Assembly: GCA_029953675.1 (NCBI GenBank) | Contig: JAMWBK010000002.1 | Span: 930,001-994,000, forward strand | DNA length: 64,000 bases | Direction of reading: 5' to 3' | Source: Rhodosorus marinus CCMP1338 | Lineage: Eukaryota; Plantae; Rhodophyta | Shown: positions 1 to 11,911 of the stretch, piece after piece | How the letters are laid out: each line of letters opens with the position of its first letter | Position numbering within the stretch: position 1 is the stretch's first letter | Program-made: the position numbers and the translations under genes | The notes under the pieces: generated by a model | What the model was told of the DNA's origin: nothing | What the model saw: only the letters and a program-made list of their open reading frames with translations | Databases searched by the model: none

Positions 1-44
1 GTCTTGTCTCTCGCTTCTCAGAATAGTTAGGCTCTGAATAAACG

Positions 45-483
45 GCGACGTTGTCGTCGAGCCAGGACCAGTGCACGAGGAGCTACCTCATCGAGCACCT
101 GATATCTACGGGAAACACGGGCGAACGCACCGGACGTTATTCTTCGATGTCGTAGTTACCAGCCCTCTCCAGACGGCCTTCCTGCGACGTACAGCTAGCT
201 ACACGAACTGCCCTCGCTGCCCACACTGTCTCTCAATAAAGGGAAAGTCAGTAAATATCGCGCCGCTGTGGCTGACCCAGAGGATTTTATCCCGATCGCC
301 CTCGAGACCCATGGAACACTCGCGACCTGTACGATGGCAGACCTTGCTTGGCTCACGAGACACCGTCACTCCGACCGCAGCGCCCTCAATAGAGCCCTTG
401 CCGCTATGAACCGCACGCTGTGGAGAGGCAATGCCTGGGTTGCCCTCAATAGAGGAGAGAGTGCTAACCCCAGTACTAGGTAG
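45..483 (+). mobile_element. 5'-truncated, frameshifted 3' end of an RLE-type non-LTR retrotransposon (family F)
   Basis: Two overlapping frames give PDI..(x)..FDVVVTSP and DFIPIALETHG...LNRTLWRGNA, the PD-(D/E)xK restriction-like endonuclease motifs also seen in families B and C. Confidence 0.8.
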
Positions 484-571
484 TTGGTGATTATTTCGGT
501 AGTCGTCACATAGTTATGACTCCCCTTTGCCTTTCGTAGGATACCCATCCGGGTTCACAGTAAAACCTTCA

Positions 572-1145
572 GGTTTATTCAGAGCCTAACTACCCTGAGA
601 AGCGAGAGGCACGACGCTGATGACGCGCGTCTACAAACAAAGCAGCATTTGAGCGCCACAAGGTCAAAGAAAGCTCCGTGAGCAGACTATCGAGACGCCC
701 TGGGTCGTTGCGAAAGATACGTCGCAGCTAGCGAGAACCTACACTATCTATCAAGCCAAAGCATTCAACAATGAGGGGGACAAACAGGTATGTCACTGCA
801 GAATCGCGCGAAAAGTAGGGTTTGACATCGCTGCTGCGTACTCTGATTCCTTCGCATGCCGCATGGACCGAGCTCCAGCTCCTCGACGCCGAGCGGACGC
901 TGCAGGTAACTGGTCGCCTGAGGACAAGGGATGGAGAGGTCAATGTACAACTGCGACGGGCATTTAGGTCAGACACAACGAGATCCCGGTCACTCTCGTC
1001 AGCAATTTCCGTTGCCGCCGCCAGAGGGACCTCATACTCCACTTCTCGGTCGTACCGAGCGGTTGAGAACGAAGGTAGCGGAAAAGCTAGCAGTAAAGCT
1101 CCTTCACGTTATTCAGAGCCTAGCTAGCCTGAGAAGCAAGCAACA
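572..1145 (-). mobile_element. RLE non-LTR 3' fragments (family E), two 3' ends in tandem; a third family-E 3' end lies on + at 1-43
   Basis: Minus frames give DRDLVVSD..., YLFVPLIVECFG and LSLTLWRSNAALF. The motif CTTCTCAG..TAG.TAGGCTCTGAATAA occurs at ~14-41 (+), ~574-603 (-) and ~1110-1139 (-). Confidence 0.75.
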
Positions 1146-1149
1146 AGAC

Positions 1150-2685
1150 GCTGAAAACCAAGGTTGGGTATAAGGTTTTTTTTTATCTGAGGTGGGCACG
1201 ATTGAGCTTGTTCGCGATCTTGGTGTGGTTCGCCATCTTTCTGCGGCTGTTCCTCGCCTTTCCCGGCGTCTCCTGGTCGTCCGCGAAGGGGTTTTTGGGT
1301 GGTTTTGGCCTGGGAAGGTGGATTGGTTTAATTTTTGGTGTTTGTGTTTTGCGCGGCGATATTACGGTCATCGGCTGTGTTTGTGGGGTACACCTGAGCA
1401 CACTCTTCCCCGGCGTCCCTCTGAATCTGCGCTTCAGATGGTTTCATCAACTGCCTCTCCTACATTCCGCTTAATCACTCCGCAGTCAGTGGAGCTGCGA
1501 CTCGGGAGATTCGGCACACTCGCCGAGCTGCCAGGTTGCACCAAGGCTACTGCGGAAGCCTTAGTTGTCCAAATTGCTCGCGCTGTTGATGCTGCTGCTG
1601 AAACCAACCGCCTCGCGGTGACGTCTACGCTCACTGCTTTTGCCGATGCCCCGTGTCCCGGCGCGACGACGGCGGCCGCGGTTGTCCCATTTGTGCGTGT
1701 CCCATCTGCGATAAACTGGGTTGGTTGCTTGTCCGGCCTGATGAGGTTCTGGCTCTGCTTCGGTCCGCTCCGAAAGGTCGTGCACCTGGTCCCTCAGGAC
1801 TCCGGGTCGAAGTTTTTCACTGGTTGGTTGAAGAGGGACTGGACGCCATTGCGCGGGTACTGGAGGGTCTTGTCAATGGGGACTATTTTTGCCCAACTGG
1901 TCCTCTTGCCCAAGGCTGGACATTCAGACCAGACGCCTCCCTTGCCCAATCGGGATGTGCGATGCATTGCGGAAGCTGGCGAGCCGCTTTCTATCGCGTC
2001 AGCTCACTAGGGAGGACAGGGTTGTTTTAGTGTTGACCGAGGTCGGTGTCGGCTATTCAGATGATGATGATCCGTTTATTCAGGTCCTGTAGTTGGACGG
2101 TCTCCGCGATGAGCCCTTGGGCACACTTTCGGTGGATTTCGCCAACGCGTTTAACAGTGTGTGCGATTTTACCCGCACTTGAGGTAGTTCGTCAGCTCTT
2201 CCCATCTGGCTTCCAGTTCTCATCATCATCCAGTTCTTACGTCGCGCATATGGTAAAGCGCCAAACGAGCCCCGATTTGTCACCTTGGGTGCCGAGAGCC
2301 ACAGTTTTGCGGTTCATACGGGTGTGCGGCAGGGCGATCCCTTAGGGCCGTTCCTGCACGCCCTGTGGATTGCAACTGGTGCTGTTGCGGCTGAAACATC
2401 AGTATCCGCGGGTCCGCGCAGTCGCCTTCCATGACGATGTGACGCTCCTTGGCACCCCGGACGATCCGGACGATCTGGTGCCGGCCTACGATTTTCTTGG
2501 CGAGGTGGCTTTCTTGGTGGGGTTGCGTATGAACCATGCCAAGTGCGATTTTTTGGGGGGGTCTCTCTGCACCGCGGACGCGGTTCCACCCGGGTTTCGA
2601 GACATTTGGCGCGCTGAGGGCTTCATTCTGTTCGGTGTCCCCGTGGGCACCCCGTTATTTATCGAACGCACCCTCTCCGCTCAAA
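1150..2685 (+). mobile_element. Degenerate CRE-like non-LTR retrotransposon, ORF1 remnant plus reverse transcriptase
   Basis: Frameshifted RT motifs: RAPGPSGLR, QGDPLGP.L, AFHDDVTLLG, GFILFGVPVGT. Confidence 0.8.
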
Positions 2686-2919
2686 TAGGGAGCGCAGAAA
2701 CTACAGTTTTCGGGTTCGGGTGGAAGAAGAATACTATCGAGTATCCTCAGGAAGAGCGAAGAAGGCCTTACTGGTCTCAAACATTTTGGAGCTTTCCTCG
2801 TCAGAGAGGGCCTTCAAAAAGAAGAAACCGTGGCTCTGAGCAGCACGGCGCAGAGATTTTATTTTTATCGCCTCGGCCTCGTTAAAGCCCTCGCCCATGT
2901 CAATCGTTTGAATATCCAT
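2686..2919 (-). pseudogene. Internally deleted duplicate of the 2OG-Fe(II) dioxygenase at 4747-5969
   Basis: Near-identical to exon 1 (MDIQTIDMGEGF...ALPED), joined directly to last-exon sequence (RYSIVFFFHPNPKTVV). Confidence 0.9.
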
Positions 2920-4330
2920 CGTGCTCGTCCTAGTCAAATGTACTTTCGGTGGTCAAAAAAATCGAACTTACGTTTCCTCCAACTCGCGTTTCAACTCTGA
3001 TCAGCGGAATAACACTTCGTATTTCCGGTTACTTGCACTCAGGCAAGGCAACTCTACACCCAGAACTTTCTCATTTTATGCCTTTTGTCACACGGCTCCT
3101 AGCCAACAAACCAGCTGCACCAAGTCCGCCCAGGTTCCTAAGCGGAGATCACAAAACAATACGCCCACGCGCTACAATAACAGCTCCATAAACAATTACA
3201 TCAACAGCTCCTTATCGCCACATTGGTAAAAATTGTAAATTTAAGGGGAATGTTCACAATGTAGCTGATCATATTATGGAAAACTATCATCCCACTCCGG
3301 AGGGGGGTGTGCCCACTGTTGGAATTCTGGCTCTTGCAGTGAATAATGATCACTTCTGAGATGGACAAACTGTCACTCTCAATCTAATGGTTTTTCTATA
3401 TGCATGGTGAACTTTAGCAACCGTCGATTAGGGACAAGTGCTCTGCGTTTAGGGCTCTTCGAATTCACTGTCAGCGCCACGTTGATGTCGCATCAACCGG
3501 AGATACAGGAAAAAAGGTATAAATGAGTAGGTCCCAAACGGGACAGAAAAACTGGGACACATCTCGATTTAGTTCTAGTAAATGAATTAATTAATTTTCA
3601 GTGGCTTAGAAAGGAAAAAATTCTGTTTTCGTTTTGGTTGGGCGTCAGGAGTTGGTCAGTATCCGCGTCTTCGAAAAGTCTGCATTCCCCACGTTTCGGA
3701 GCGAGCGGCGTAGGGTGTGGAGGCTATATTACCTCAGCAGCAGCAGTTGCTTTCCTGGGGAAGGCCTTGAAACTTGACGAACAAATGAATTCTTAAGAAG
3801 CCTCACTCATATGAAATCGCTTTTATTTTTAATTTTTTCTCCGGTTTTCCCGAGTGCGCACGGATGGTTGCGGGGGTTGCTTCTTGAGTAGAATGTTCCA
3901 CCATGTCGGGCGGGACGAGGCGGAAAGATTCTCATCTGATTTTAGTTTTGCTTTGGCGAACAAAAGATGTAGAGAGAGACTAATTAAAGAGTCGCTGCGA
4001 CCAGCGAGACTAATTAAAGAGTCGCTGCGACCAGCGAGATACACGAGTTTCAGCAGACTTAATGAACGTCTATATTTAGTTTTTTGGGGGGCGAGATCCT
4101 TGTGTGTCAGTGCAGTGGCCAAAAGTTCGGCGTCTTCGAATAGATTTCATCCCACGTTTCGGAGGGAGAGCACGTTATGAAGATTAGCAACAGTCGCTTC
4201 CTAGGGAAGGCCTTGAATCTTCACGAACGTTTGGTTCCCAGACAAGCCGTTTTACGTTGAATCTTCACGAACGCTTGGGTCCTAGAGAAGCTGTTTATGG
4301 ACTCCCCTCCAGTTGTTGTTTTGTTTCTTG
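2920..4330. repeat. Diverged duplicate of the upstream region of dioxygenase 1 (cf. ~5970-6790), with an internal repeat
   Basis: 2920-3240 closely matches 5970-6270. Shared blocks such as CCCAAA.GGGACAGAAA.CTGGGAC and CTTGAATCTT.AC recur. CGTCTTCGAA..CCCACGTTTCGGAG occurs at ~3666 and ~4131. Confidence 0.75.
3976..4039. repeat. 30-bp tandem duplication
   Basis: GAGACTAATTAAAGAGTCGCTGCGACCAGC x2. Confidence 0.95.
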
Positions 4331-4746
4331 GAGGATTTCCACACCCGGATCGTCATTGTTGCGGTAGTTGGTCTTAGGTAGGGTGCTCGTCTTGTCGGGG
4401 AGGGGCTGAAACGACTTTGATTTGAGGTTAGTTTTCTTTTGAAACAGACTAGAGAATAGTTGAGAGGCTCCGCGACTTGCTTGATACCCAAAAGAGTCTC
4501 AGGAGACCTAGTTCGTATCAAGAGGTCGTAGACATATCACCCTGAGCTGTACCGTAGCAAATTAAAGCAGGCGTAAAATTTAAGAAGTTTACAAGTCCTG
4601 AGGGCTTCTAAATGGACTTCCATTTGTGCGCGAGTAGCAAACGAAGGTTGGGGTTTATTCAAGGTTATTTGATTTTGTGTTTGTGAGCTGTACAAGATTG
4701 TGATCGTCTGCGGATACCTTCTGTGGGTATATGCGAGCTTGGTCGC

Positions 4747-5969
4747 TTACACAGGCGGAGCTTGTTTAGTTGCCTTGAATCGAGAAAGCAAATGTTCCTC
4801 GCAGGTTATCCCCGGGTACATCGGTTTGCCGCAATTAGGGAGCGGAGAAACTACAGTTTTCGGGTTCGGGTGGAAGAAGAATACTATCGAGTATCTGTCC
4901 AAGCCTGTCTTGTTCACCACCTGTACGAACGTGGGCTAGGAAGGTCAGGATTAAGGCTGTACGGTTGGGATAACTGGGGGGGGGTTGGGCTTACTCTGTG
5001 ACGTGAGGATTTATACGTGTCGTTGGACCACCTCTGGAGCATATCTCCGACGTTACAGATGAGCGTACCCTTAGGCTCTATGACGTCGAACCATTGGCCG
5101 TTTTCTTCTACTTGGAGTCCGGGCTGTCCATCTGTGAGAAGGAGAGTAATCATACCCCAGTCTGTGTGCGCTCCAGCAGCCAGCACTCCTTGCTCCACAT
5201 CGGACTTCTGTTCGATTTCACAAGAAATATGGCTTTGCTGAGTGGTTGTCCGTTTTTGATAGCTTGAATCAGTTTTCTCACCTCTGCAGCATAGTGGAGC
5301 ATCCTTAGAATTGCAGGAGATTTCTCAAAAGTGTGATCAAAGTAGTCTTCAGATAGTCCGAAGGAAAGAGCGATGATCCTGTTGAGCCGCTTGGATAGTT
5401 CGAACATCCTTTCCTTGTACCTGAAGGGGGGATAAACAAGGGGTGGTATGGTCAGATCGAGTTGCTTTCGGTGAGGGTTGCGGCTAGGATCTTGCTTACC
5501 TGGTCACTACTTGCCGCATTTCGGGCATGTGAGTATCGGGGAACGTATTTTTATTATAAAACGGGGGCTGTATGGTTTGATCTTCGAGTTCAGGTCCAAC
5601 ACAAAAGGCTGCAGGGGAGAAATTGACAACTCGAAATTGATATTCAGCTATAGCTTGCTCCAAAAGGATGCATGTTGGGCGTCAGATATAGTTGTTACCT
5701 TCCTTTGTGTCTGGTCGAGACTGATTTCCGGGGTCTAGTAGCTGCCACCCCGGACCAAGGTAGCCATGGGTATAGTCTGTAGACTCCTGCTTTTTCACGT
5801 CCTCAGGAAGAGCGAAGAAGGCCTTACTGGTCTCAAACATTTTGGAGCTTTCCTCGTCAGAGAGGGCCTTCAAAAAGAAGAAACCGTGGCTCTGAGCAGC
5901 ACGGCGCAGAGATTTTATCGCCTCGACCTCGTTAAAGCCCTCGCCCATGTCAATCGTTTGAATATCCAT
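4747..5969 (-). CDS. 2OG-Fe(II) dioxygenase 1 (DIOX_N plus 2OG-FeII_Oxy, IPNS/flavonol-synthase-like), 5 exons
   Basis: HGFF N-terminal motif, GAHTDWG (HxD), RHRVV and RYS. Four GT-AG introns: after DTKE, before YKERM, after YAAE, after HR. Confidence 0.92.
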
Positions 5970-6991
5970 CGTGCTCGTCCTAGTCAAATGTACTTTCGGT
6001 GGTCAAAAAAATCGAACTCGTGTTTCCTCCAACTCGCGTTTCAACTCTGATCAGCAGAATAACACTTCGTATTTCCGGTTACTTGCACTCAGGCAAGGCA
6101 ACTCTACACCCAGAACCTCCTCATTTTATACCGTTTGTCACACGGCTACTAGCCAACGAACCAACTGCCCCAAGGCCGCCTAGGTTCCTAAGACTTGCGG
6201 AGGGTGAGAAAACAAAACAATACGCCCACCAACTCCAATAACAGCTCCCATCGCCACATTGGTAAATTTGTAAAGATAGAATGCTCATAATGCAACTGAT
6301 AATCTGGGGAAAACTAGCCGCCCAGTCCCGAGGATCATCGACATCTTCGACTCCACTGTCACCCGCGATGACGCATCAAAACCTAAAGATACATGAAAAA
6401 TGGTAGAAATGAATAAGCTCCCAAATGGGACAGAAACTGGGACGTCCGCATTGTAGCGCTAGTAAGTGAGTTAATTAATTTTGGAAGATGTCTATTTTTG
6501 GTTTTGTTGGTTCCCTCGCGAACATCGCGTTGCGGTGAGAGGAACGGGGAGGGGGAAGGTGTTATCCTACGGTAATAAACATATTCATTCAATAAATAGC
6601 GGTTATGGAGGGTATAAGCGAGTTCCGGTCCGAAGAACCCCTGTCATCAGCATCGCGGTCATCATGCGTTGTTCAGAATACCATAAATACAATGTACAGG
6701 GCTAGCAACTTGTTCTTTCCTAAAAAAAACTTGAATCTTGACCAGCGTTTGGATTCTTTCGAAGCTATTTAGAGGTTCCCCTCCATTGCCCCTTTTTCCT
6801 TCCTCGCTAGTGTACAGCGGACTAGTCAAATTCAGAAAGAGTCTGCTTTTGTAGGTGGTACTGCTTGAGGACAGTAATCTACGACCCTTTGATTGGGTTC
6901 TTTGCTAGTCTAAGCTAGTAAAGTCCAGTCTAAGGTTTCCCTCTTTAGTTCTTCCGTGATTCTACGCCCAAGAATTTGTGCGGAGTAAACT

Positions 6992-7355
6992 TTCTGGAAG
7001 ATTGGATTGTTTGCCCACCTCAACTGCTGATGGAACCATTGGACGCTGATCTTAGAGTAGTACATTAGAATAGAACATGGTTCTTGATGTCCTGGTAATA
7101 CTGTCTGATCCACAGCAGCTCTTAGCTCGAATTCGGAATTTCTGAAGCTGACTGTAGGCAGAGCGGTTGGCAGTGAACGTTCTGGAAGATTGGATTGTTT
7201 CCCCACCTCAACTGCTGATGGAACCATTGGACGCTGATCTTAGAGTAGTACATTAGAATAGAACATGGTTCTTGATGTCCTGGTAATACTGTCTAATCCA
7301 CAGCAGCTCTTAGCTCGAATTCGGAATTTCTGAAGCTGACTGTAGGCAGAGCGGT
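6992..7355. repeat. ~176-bp block duplicated in tandem (period 188 bp)
   Basis: TTCTGGAAGATTGG...GCAGAGCGGT at 6992-7167 and 7180-7355, only a few substitutions. Confidence 0.95.
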
Positions 7356-8135
7356 GGTTCACGACAGAGGGGATGAAAATATGAAGATCCACGAGAACAA
7401 ACTAACAACAATAGTAACGTCGGTAGTATCAAACCCTATGGAATCAATTAGTGTAGTATCAATCACCATGGATGGTACATTAGATCTGCTTCTGATTTGG
7501 ACTACCTTTGACATAGAGTCAGTGGGTTTCATCCCCGCGACCTGTGTCATTGGAGACCTTTTAGAGTGGTTATATCCCGCTCTAGCTCGAATACCGTGTT
7601 CAGGGGGTTTCTGAAGAGATTTAGATTTACAGAAACCCGTATGTTTGCCAACTTTGCATGTTGAGAGTCTATGAAAACCTGCGCTTGGTACAAAGAAGCG
7701 GACAAGGCATTCCACTCGGGCCGCTTAGCAGACCCCCTCAGCATCTTAGATGCGTATTCGTCATCTGAAGTATGCGTGCTTAATGCATTTTCCTCATTTA
7801 CATGTTCTTTACAATATCCAGAGATCGGATTTAATGTCTACGAAGTTTTCAAGCTTTGTGCACGGTAGAGAAGACTAAGCTGCTGGAATTAGCAGCAGCT
7901 ATCCAGTCACATTCGGAATCCGTCCTTCAAACGGCCGTCTGTGGAGTCTGTTGACTTTCCAGAGAAGGGCTTATCATGTCTTCCTTACGCGTGCGCTGGT
8001 AAAACCGGCATCAGTCAGAGACAAACATCTCCTCAGCGAACCAAATCCTCTGCAAAAGAAAGCCGGGTACCATCGCGCACAAGCGTTTACGCGGATCGTC
8101 CAAGATCCTCGAATTCCGGAATGAAGCCAGGGACC

Positions 8136-9374
8136 TTAAGATGCAATGCTATCCGGTCCTGTAGCCTCGATCATACTTGCAATATAATCTTCGCACTTTA
8201 TGTCCCTATACTTCGGTGTTCCACATGTTGGCAATGTGGCAATGACCCAGTTTGGTTTGGGGTTCAGAAAGTAAGGAATTGCAAAACGGTCGACACCCTT
8301 CATGTTCGCGACCTGAAGAGTATAATCGTGAGATCTGTTAGAATGTTTCAAGTTTGTGGAAATAGGTCTGATTGATCGCAGCAACAAGATCGTACCCTGT
8401 GCCTAGTCGACTTGTACTTGTTGTTAGACCATCGTTCAAGCATGTCTCCGATGTTGCAGATAAGGGTTCCTCTGGGCTCCTTCACGTCCAGCCATTGTCC
8501 ATCAACTAATATCTGAAGTCCTGGTTGGCCATCGGTGTACAGCAACGTTATCATTCCCCAGTCTGAATGTGCTCCCGCGCCAAAAATCCCTTGCTCAGGA
8601 TCAGATTTCTGTTTTGCAAAGAGAAGCTCAAAGGATTCAGCAACGAAAATGACAAGGGAATTGATTCAAGGGGGTGTACGGTTATGCATGGATTACCTCA
8701 GGGAAGTAGTGAATAGGTCTTAGACATGACAATGATCCATCGAAAACCTTGTGGTTGAAGTAGTCAGTGGGCATGCCAAGCGAGTATCCGATGATTTCGC
8801 TTAACCTGACCGATGTTTCATGCATAAGCTTGCAGTACCTGACATGGAGTATCATTGGAGCAGACCAAAATGAGTACTGGTGAGCAGCTACAGCTGAGGT
8901 TTTTGGCTGCTACCTACTCTTCAATGAATTTCCTGAATCCAGGCAACTGTTCGTCGGTTGGCCACTTGTTCGAACCAAACAACAACGCCTCGCCAGAGTC
9001 CGCCGTTTTCTCCGGGCCTACCGCGAAGACTGCCCACACACAAGGTTAAAAAAGTTTAAGAATTGATTTCGTGGTGTTGTTTTAGGATAATTGCAGAGCA
9101 TACTCTCTTTCGTGTCCCCCTTAGTCTGATGCTTGGGGTCAAGTTTCTGTCCTCCGTAAGGGATGTACCCATGACCATCATCAACAGTCAACGACCGTTT
9201 CTCTTCTTCTGAAAGTGCGAAGAAGCGCTTCATGTGATCCAGGGCGCCTGAAGTAATTTCTTCAGGGATGCCCTTAATCGCGAAGAAGCCATGCCTCTCG
9301 CAAGCATGCTTTACAACTTTCGCGCACTCTTCAAAACTCTGGTCCAAGTCTACGATCGGTATCTCTAGCTCCAT
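8136..9374 (-). CDS. 2OG-Fe(II) dioxygenase 2, 5 exons
   Basis: MELEIPIVDL...HGFF, GAHSDWG, TRHRV, RFA in place of RYS. Four GT-AG introns at the same positions as gene 1. Confidence 0.9.
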
Positions 9375-11911
9375 TTTGTTCTGTTACGTGCTATTCTCTT
9401 ATGATCTCACTCTAATTCTATTCTCTCGAACGAATTTCCCGGACGCGGTCGCCCATGAACTTTTGGACGACCGTCGATTGCCTTTTTATAGCCGAGGACG
9501 TTCCGTCGAGCTCAACGTTTCGAGGAGTCTGGAGGCCAGCGACGTGGAGGACAGAGCGAACAAGTGCATTGAAAGTGTACTCGAGATTCGTCGATCACAT
9601 GGCAATCGCGCAAACCAAAGAAACAGTGCGTCAGATTTGTAGCAAACGTCCAATGACATCAACTCCCGTCCAAATTTCGCATCCCATCCACTGGTCTTCG
9701 ATCGAGGCAAAGCGGAAACCTCCAATATTGGTATTTTATAATACCTTGGATTATGGAGCATTCAGTCAGCGTCGAATCTGGTCTACTCCAAAGCGGGTTG
9801 CACGGGTCCAGTGGTACCCGTGCAACCGCTTACATCAACTATTCAAGGAGGCGATGGAACAGGGCGAACAATGCTAAAAGTAGACCTCGAAGAATGTTTT
9901 TTAAAAGTTTTTGACTTGTTTGATTCTGTTTTTGGGGTGGTGCTGGCACATTTATTTTTTGTATACGAATAGCTCAATTGCGTACAACAGTCAGCCGATC
10001 CTAGGAAACTGGTTTCTATTTCGGGGTGCTCTGGGTTTGAGCATTGTATTATGTAGCAGAAGAAAACATACAGTTTTGAATTTCGTTTATTTATAGATGG
10101 CCAATAATCGCTCCAGATCGTTAACGACTCTGCAACCGAACTGCGAGATTCCAACATCCTGTGTTCTTTTTTTGGTCTCTTCGGTCTTGAAGAAAAACCG
10201 CCCAGACCAAATTGATTCCATTGGTTACGTTTTCCCCTTCCTCCCCCACCCCCCACGCCGCTCGCATAAATTGGGTAGTTAACGTAGTTTGTGTATTTCC
10301 ACCTACGCTCCCCGTTCTACGAGTGAGCTATCGTACTTTTGGGGTATATGCCCTACCCAGGATTTGTTCTCAAAGAACTTCTGTGGAACCTTTTTCCCAG
10401 CTTGCCAATGTAATTCGTTCCAAATACTAAGAAGAAACAACACATAATATGATCAAAGTGGAGTGAAATCCTCTCCATAGCATTCTTCGCCAAAACCAAA
10501 GCCCTGCAATAAAAAAAATTAGCGGACAGTAACCTCCTACCGCCCCGTGCATCCTTTTTGCAAGACCACTCATGCACTCGCTCAAACACCAAACGTAACT
10601 GGTTATCCAGAAATGCATAAGTCTGAACTTTGCGGTGAGCAGATATAACAATGTTTTGTTTTTTTTTCTCGCGGACCGCCGGGAACCATTCGAAAAAATT
10701 CTTACAGCAATGACAAAACCGCAAAACGAGTTTTCACATGATTGAAGCAGAGCGGATCTCCCCAAAAAAACCAAATCAAATCGAGAAGCTAGAACTCGAA
10801 TGTCGTGCTGACAGTACCTGTTCACAGCTGTGGTGATCCCGACCTCCTCCTCCCATCGTCTCTGCAGCATCAAAAGTTGGCTCCGGTGATCAGCACGAGA
10901 ATCTCAGCTTACATCGTTGTCAAACCACGGGTTGCCATTTTTCCCTGCTCATCCCAATAGGTTTGGTAAATATTCCTTGGACGAAACTCCTAAACTATCC
11001 TCGAGTTCTCAGTGTACTTGGCCAAAGTAGGCCCTTGCACGAAGCCGTGCGGGTTTCTCGAATGGAAACGGTCACCCTTTAAATTCTAACTTGAAATTGG
11101 TTTCTTGGATTCTCAGATCGCTAGGCCAAGCTATTAGTCACCTTCCCTTAAAAAGCCCACGAATTTTGAGGGATTGGTTCGGTCTTACAAAGGCCTCACA
11201 AAGAAAGAAAATTGGAACTAATGTCGAGGCTTCCAAAAATGGCCAAGAATCAGGTAGCAATACCTCAAGACGCAGTGTAATCAGCATCTTGTTTCCCCAC
11301 TTTCAGTTGCTGGCCTCTGAGGTTTTTTGTGACCACATGATGATGTGATACTTCTTTGTCAACATTACTAACACGAACAAAAACTAGAGCCAATTCATTG
11401 TATGCGTGACCGATGAGGCCTGGAAACTCTTTCAGATTTCTCCCGGAACATAGAATAGTTTATCCGTGTACCGGTCAAAAAAAAAAATAGGAGTTGAGAC
11501 CTTGCGGGTTGTGAAATATCGTTGGGGGTTGCCAAGATTAGCTTTCTTTGGCCAAGAGGTTGTTTGGAGATAGCTGGAGAGTATTTGGCTAATTTTGGTA
11601 TCCGAAAAAAAAGAGGAAACCAGGAGGGTGGGGGAGCCTTTGGAATATAAGATTGACAAGAGAGTGGGGTTTGCTTGGCCCTGGAATTGTTTAAAAAACT
11701 TGCATAGGGAATGGGGCATCTTCTTCTTGTTTCCGCCGTATGGACTCGGAAACTATAAAGGGCGTTTGTTCAAGTGTTGATGAAAGGCGATGACGTCCTG
11801 CAAGGATCCACGGGGCGGTAGGAGGTCACTGTTTGCTATTTTTTTTATTGGAGGGTTTTGGTTTTGGCGAGTGGGTGGACTAGCCTGATTGAGCGTGAAC
11901 TATCGGGAAGA

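Noticed and set aside
7359-7715. Minus ORF with LIDSIGFDTTD, vaguely like a GTPase G3 motif
   Set aside because: No convincing P-loop and the flanking frames are broken. Similarity is too weak to call
10427-11719. Minus-strand ORF fragments (FFFDRYTDKLFYVP; GNPWFDND) suggesting a decayed gene
   Set aside because: Multiple stops, and no consistent family motifs could be assembled
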